Source of the DNA: Candidatus Cloacimonadota bacterium | GTDB lineage: Bacteria > Cloacimonadota > Cloacimonadia > G963667145 | Reading direction: 5' to 3' | Assembly: GCA_963676615.1 (NCBI GenBank) | Contig: OY781092.1 | Location: 480,001 to 544,000, forward strand | Length of the DNA: 64,000 bases | In this document: positions 59,877 to 64,000 of the stretch, in pieces | Numbering within the stretch: the first letter of the stretch is position 1 | Layout of the letters: each line of letters begins with the position of its first letter | Translations under genes and position numbers: made by a program | Notes under the pieces: generated by a model | What the model saw: only the letters and a program-made list of their open reading frames with translations | The model's database searches: none | Told to the model about the DNA's origin: nothing

Positions 59877-62138
59877 ATGTTTAAATTTGAAATTTCGCCG
59901 CTAACTCTTTGTGAAGACAAAGTTTATGTGTTTAATGATGAGGCGAGCCTAAAAAGAAATTTGCAGCTTTTGCAAAAATCAAAGACGCTTCCAGCAGGAA
60001 TTTTCCTTTCGCAAGAGCAGTTTTTTGATAGCCAAAAAATGTTTTCTGGCAGCGAGATAATTTCTGAAAATTTCCGCTATCTTGCTTATTGGCAATCGGT
60101 TATGCCAGAACAGGAGTTCGATTTGGCTAAAGGCAAAGCCAAAAGATTTTTTGCTTTTTGGCAGGAGATGAACAGCCTTGAGATTGAGGGAGATTTGGCA
60201 AAAATTTTGGTCGCTAGTCAAAAAGATTTTTGGCAGAAGATGGAAGTTGAGCGGGAAAAATATTTGGCAAAGTTAGAAAACATTGGTGTTTCAGACCCAG
60301 AAGTAGCGGGCTTTTGCTACAACCAAAAGTGCGATTATCGGCAGCCGATAGTTTTTTTTGATTGTTATTATTTTTCGCCGAAGCAAAAAAAATGGCTAAA
60401 AAATAACGCCGAGCAGGTTGAGTTGCAGTTTTCTTTTTCGCAAAATCTTTACGACTGTCAAAATTTTTCGTTTTTAGAGTTTCAGATTTCAGATTTACAT
60501 TTTTCGAAGTTTCCCGAAGTTGAGATTAAGCAGTTTGAGCAAAAAATTTTTATGGACGCAGCGCTGGTAAACGATGAGATTTTTGTGGCTTATGGCAAAA
60601 GATCGCCAGCTGTTTTTGATCTTTTTGGCTCGGATGTAGTTTTGCAAGACGGCAAAACTTTCAAGCTGCTTTTGGCGTTGAAAGAGCTTTTGAGTTTTAG
60701 GAAAAATAGCCAAAAAATTCCGCTGGACAAACTTTTGCAGTTTGTGCGACAAAAAATTTGGCAAAGCAAGGAGAACGCAGAGCAGACAATCGACAAGGGG
60801 CTGGTTTTGTCGCTGATTGACAAGCGGTATAAGTTTTTTCCTGCAAACTTCGATTACGCTGTTTTGCACAAACTTTTTGGGCAGTTTTTGGATGCGCTCA
60901 GTGGCGATTTCGACTATTTTTTTGATTATTTGCAAACGCTGGACGATAGTGGCGTCTATCGGGAGAAAGTGCAGGAACTGCAGGAGTTAGCGGGTGTTTT
61001 TGCGTGGGAAAATTTTCACAGTTTAGACTATTTTTTGGCAAATTTTGGCAAAACGGTTGTGGCGAGCGTCTCGGAGAAGCTGCAGATAAAGCCGCTGGCG
61101 AGTTTGACGCAAACAGAGAATTTGGCGATTTATAACGCAACCGAGCCGTTTTGGGGGTTTGCCGAGAGTCAGAACGATTTTTTTAGCCAAAAGCAACGGG
61201 AGCAGTTGTCGCTTTCCACGCAAAATCAGCAGACAAACGCCGCAAAGTTCTCGTTTTTTTCTTCGGTTGCGCATTGCGAAAAAGTGGTCATCTACACCTA
61301 CGAAAATCCTGAGGAAAATGTGCAGCGGGCGTCTTTTGTGGACGAGATTTTGGATTCTGCTTTGCCGACGAAGTTGCAAAAATTTTCTGATTTGGATTTG
61401 CATAAGTTGTTTTCGCTTTTTTTGACTGGCGATAAAGTTTGGTCTGCTGGCGAAGAAAATGAGCTTAGATTTGCTTATAACGGCGAGGCTTTGGACGATT
61501 TTTCGTATAGTCAGGCGATTTGCTTTTTGGAAGATCCGCAAAAATATTTTTTGAATTACATTTTGAAGGTGAGGGAGTTTTTGCCGCCTGCGCGGGAGAT
61601 TGAGGCGAATTTGGCAGGCGAGATTGCGCACAAAATTTTTCAGGATTGGCTTCAGGCGCATAAGGATTGCGATTTGGATGCGATTGTCGAAAAAGTTTTG
61701 CAAGATTATCAGGATAAATTGCCCGCCAATTTTCATCAGGTTTATTTTGAGAAGTATGTCGTGCGGCGGATTATGGAGAGTGCGAAAAATTTTCGGCAGA
61801 AATATGGGCAGCAGCAGGGTGTTTGCGAAAAGGAGTTGGCTAAAAATTTTGCGGAGTTTGGCTTTAGGCTTCGGGGGCGCGCGGACTATTTGACGCAAGA
61901 AGCGTTGTTCGATTTTAAAAGCGGGAGTCAGCAGTCTGCCAAAATGTCGCAGTTGGAGTTTTACGGTTTGCTGGCAGAAGGGGTGTCGGCGTTTTTTTAC
62001 TTTATTTACAAGTGGCAGCTGGTTGCCTACACTCCGCCGAAAAACCAGGAGTCGATTTTGCGTCGGCTGAAGGCGAAGATTGCGGAGGTGAAAAAACAGG
62101 GGTTTGGTTCTGACTCAGATGAGCCAGAACAGTTGTAA
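59877..62138 (+). CDS. AddB/RexB-like protein with a C-terminal PD-(D/E)XK nuclease domain
   Basis: FSYSQ..PQKYF, GEIAHKIF, RGRADY..DFKSG..QLEFY; the N-terminal part has no intact Walker A. Confidence 0.75.
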   Translation: MFKFEISPLTLCEDKVYVFNDEASLKRNLQLLQKSKTLPAGIFLSQEQFFDSQKMFSGSEIISENFRYLAYWQSVMPEQEFDLAKGKAKRFFAFWQEMNSLEIEGDLAKILVASQKDFWQKMEVEREKYLAKLENIGVSDPEVAGFCYNQKCDYRQPIVFFDCYYFSPKQKKWLKNNAEQVELQFSFSQNLYDCQNFSFLEFQISDLHFSKFPEVEIKQFEQKIFMDAALVNDEIFVAYGKRSPAVFDLFGSDVVLQDGKTFKLLLALKELLSFRKNSQKIPLDKLLQFVRQKIWQSKENAEQTIDKGLVLSLIDKRYKFFPANFDYAVLHKLFGQFLDALSGDFDYFFDYLQTLDDSGVYREKVQELQELAGVFAWENFHSLDYFLANFGKTVVASVSEKLQIKPLASLTQTENLAIYNATEPFWGFAESQNDFFSQKQREQLSLSTQNQQTNAAKFSFFSSVAHCEKVVIYTYENPEENVQRASFVDEILDSALPTKLQKFSDLDLHKLFSLFLTGDKVWSAGEENELRFAYNGEALDDFSYSQAICFLEDPQKYFLNYILKVREFLPPAREIEANLAGEIAHKIFQDWLQAHKDCDLDAIVEKVLQDYQDKLPANFHQVYFEKYVVRRIMESAKNFRQKYGQQQGVCEKELAKNFAEFGFRLRGRADYLTQEALFDFKSGSQQSAKMSQLEFYGLLAEGVSAFFYFIYKWQLVAYTPPKNQESILRRLKAKIAEVKKQGFGSDSDEPEQL

Positions 62139-62162
62139 GGTAATAGTTAAAACCGTCGCCGC

Positions 62163-62756
62163 CCCCATTTTTCAGAATGATGTTAGAGATGATGTCTTAC
62201 CAGACGGGTCTTCATCTTTTCGGGCGTCCGAAAAGAGAAGCAGAAAAGGACGCTTGCTTCGAAAAACAGAGAAGTTTCGAGAGGTGTTTGGAGATTTCCG
62301 TGGTGGAGAGCACCTCCGTAATTGTTTGTAAGTCTGTGATTTATCGCAACTTTTTTGGTTTTTTGTAGTTGGTTTTGGCGTGTCTCTGTTTTAGATGAAG
62401 CAAGATAGCCAACGCCACCTATCGCCAGTCTAGGCGAGCAAGCGGGCGAGGCGGGTTAGCAATCATTCAAGCCTCAATTCGTCAAACTTGCTCAAACGAC
62501 TGAAGTTAGCTGGCTGTCCAAAGGATTTAATCTCTTACGAAAGAACTGCCCGACTTGATCTTAAAGCCTTTGCTACAGACACAACGAGCGAGTTTTGCAA
62601 GTTAGAATTTAGGCTTATGATTTGATTTTTTTTGGTGTTACCTTATTTTTGTTCAGGCAAAAAAAGGTAACGAAGAGCCCTTCTGATAAGAGAAAAAAGC
62701 TGCGACGAGGTTTTGCGCGTCACCTAGCCCCATTTCGCAGAACGCTGTTAGAGATG
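62163..62756 (+). repeat. Imperfect 29-bp direct repeat pair (62163-62191 and 62728-62756)
   Basis: CCCCATTTTTCAGAATGATGTTAGAGATG vs CCCCATTTCGCAGAACGCTGTTAGAGATG, 25/29 identical. Confidence 0.85.
62210..62671 (+). ncRNA. Candidate large structured non-coding RNA or element, family not recognised
   Basis: Many local and long-range complementary stems, several with G-U pairs on the + strand; no convincing ORF. Confidence 0.55.
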
Positions 62757-62869
62757 GATTCCCTCTTTTGATGGAATGAGGGAGAAGTTCAAGAAGCCCA
62801 AGGAACGCTTTAGCGTCTTGGGAAAACACAAGCCCCAAGCCCCCTCATTCCTGCGAAGACAGTAATCCA
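62755..62869. repeat. Inverted pair of REP-like 28-mers around a central hairpin
   Basis: Reverse complement of 62755-62782 CCCTCATTCCATCAAAAGAGGGAATCCA vs 62842-62869 CCCTCATTCCTGCGAAGACAGTAATCCA (20/28); inner CCCAAG..ACGCT/AGCGT..CTTGGG. Confidence 0.65.
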
Positions 62870-62965
62870 GCACCATTTTCGTGCAAAAAAAATAACCCGC
62901 TATTTTGTGTTAGAAAGTCTTTTAAAACGCAGAAAAATTTAAAGCCCGCAAAATATGAAAATTCC

Positions 62966-62994
62966 TTGACGACAAAAGTAATAGATAATATTCT
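62966..62994 (+). promoter_or_regulatory. Putative sigma70-type promoter of the DUF1566 genes
   Basis: TTGACG-N17-TATTCT. Confidence 0.55.
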
Positions 62995-63103
62995 GACGGT
63001 GTTTAAGAGTTGAGTTTAACTTTTTTCGCTATTATGTCTCAAAGCGCTAGGTTTTGACTCTTAAATAAGATATGGTGGTTTTTTATAAAAAAAGGAGATA
63101 AAA

Positions 63104-63805
63104 ATGAAAAATAAGTATTTGTTAATTTTATTAGCTTTAATGTTGATTTTTGCTTGTTCAAAATCTACAAGTAGTAACGACGACGATGAGCCAACAACAC
63201 CCACGACACCCACAACTCCCACAACTCCTGGAGGAGGAGATACACCAGAAACACCAGGGTTTAACGGTTCTGATTCGGTCTTTAATTTTACAAAGCTTGA
63301 CGAAGATGGTAAAGAATTGTCAAAAGATGCAACTCAGTGGTATGGCGTGCTGGACAAGACAACAGGGCTGATGTGGGAAGTAAAAACCAACGACGACGGT
63401 TTGCACGATAAAGATAATTATTACAAATGGTACGATAGCAACACAGAAACAAATGGTGGATATGCAGGCAGTAACAGTCAAAGTAACCCTTTGGATTGTA
63501 CACAAGAGTTCGTAGATACGGTGAACGCGGTGAACTACCTCGGCTACAACGATTGGCGTATGCCGACCTTGGAAGAACTTCGCTCGATTGTCGATTATGC
63601 GAAATCCAATCCAGCGATAGATACCGATTATTTCCCCTATACAGAGAGTACTATGTTTTGGACAAGTTATAATTTTGCAGAAGATAATTTTAAAGCGTGG
63701 TACATCTATTTTGATTACGGTGGAAAAGGCAACAACAATAATCTTCTAGGATACAATGCTAAGAATTCTGGCTGTAAAGTGCGTCTTGTGCGTGGGGGGC
63801 AGTAG
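63104..63805 (+). CDS. DUF1566 (Lcl C-terminal domain) lipoprotein
   Basis: AAGGAG RBS; lipobox IFAC; PTT linker; FTKLD..DKTTGLMWEVK, DWRMPTLEELRSIVD, YFP..FWTS..AW, VRLVRGG. Confidence 0.9.
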   Translation: MKNKYLLILLALMLIFACSKSTSSNDDDEPTTPTTPTTPTTPGGGDTPETPGFNGSDSVFNFTKLDEDGKELSKDATQWYGVLDKTTGLMWEVKTNDDGLHDKDNYYKWYDSNTETNGGYAGSNSQSNPLDCTQEFVDTVNAVNYLGYNDWRMPTLEELRSIVDYAKSNPAIDTDYFPYTESTMFWTSYNFAEDNFKAWYIYFDYGGKGNNNNLLGYNAKNSGCKVRLVRGGQ

Positions 63806-63870
63806 AGGTTTTGTCGCTCGTAGCTCTAAACAATAGATAATTTTAATTAACAAAAAAAGGGGAAAATAAG

Positions 63871-64000
63871 ATGAAAAAGATAATTGGAATGTTGATTGTG
63901 GTGCTGGCGATGGTGACTCCGCTGTTTGCACAAGATTACAACTCCGATATGAAAAAAACAACGCCAACAGATAGTTTTAGTATCCATAACGACGGCACGG
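63871..64000 (+). CDS. Secreted protein, probably a second DUF1566 protein (truncated by the window edge)
   Basis: MKKIIGMLIVVLAMVTPLFAQ signal peptide, then TTPTDSFSIHNDGT, resembling the F..N.DGTVTD start of Lcl domains. Confidence 0.65.
   Translation, partial: MKKIIGMLIVVLAMVTPLFAQDYNSDMKKTTPTDSFSIHNDGT

Noticed and set aside
62147..62166. Minus-strand GGGGGCGGCGACGGTTTTAA resembling a tmRNA 5' end
   Set aside because: It would run antisense into the nuclease CDS, and no T-arm/CCA 3' end was found
62104..62838. Short ORFs 62104-62331, 62177-62368 and 62653-62838
   Set aside because: No RBS or motifs; the sequence is better explained by base-paired structure and repeats
63191..63229. 9-bp periodic repeat
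   Set aside because: It encodes the (PTT)n linker of the lipoprotein; an ordinary low-complexity spacer
63650..63830. A complete diversity-generating retroelement or an integron attC site at the DUF1566 3' end
   Set aside because: No template repeat, RT or integrase in the window; the downstream TAGAG/CTCTA stem is weak and lacks attC R boxes
1..64000. CRISPR array, rRNA, tRNA, IS or prophage genes
   Set aside because: No regularly spaced repeats, cloverleafs, rRNA signatures, transposase, integrase or phage structural ORFs were seen; a by-eye scan could miss a degenerate short RNA

Overview
A gene-dense 64 kb bacterial chromosomal window with about 55 CDS, mostly on the + strand. The host is diderm and probably FCB-related (Cloacimonadota-like is my inference, from the LpxC-FabZ fusion, a FlgD-Ig/T9SS-like C-terminal domain and many TPR proteins). 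Most of it is housekeeping: greA, moaC/mog, purB, purU, murI, priA, aroC, tkt, rpmB, skp-lpxD-lpxC/fabZ-lpxA, ndk, ackA, ffh, gap, aspS, uppS-cdsA, rsmA and a BMP-type ABC transporter. I found no rRNA, tRNA, CRISPR array, transposase or integrase. The most interesting signals are: (1) a ~460-nt non-coding segment (62210-62671) that folds into nested stems whose G-U wobbles favour the + strand. It is bracketed by a 29-bp imperfect direct repeat and followed by a REP-like inverted pair and tandem DUF1566 (Lcl) genes. (2) An AT-rich single-gene insertion encoding a 1600-aa DEDD exonuclease-RecQ-UvrD fusion, a defence or repair candidate. (3) A SpoIIAA-like/TetR fusion. (4) A receiver-like/PPDK ATP-grasp protein ahead of ndk-ackA. 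(5) A TPR gene split by a one-base frameshift at an A7 run. All family calls come from motif recognition by eye; no database search was run.
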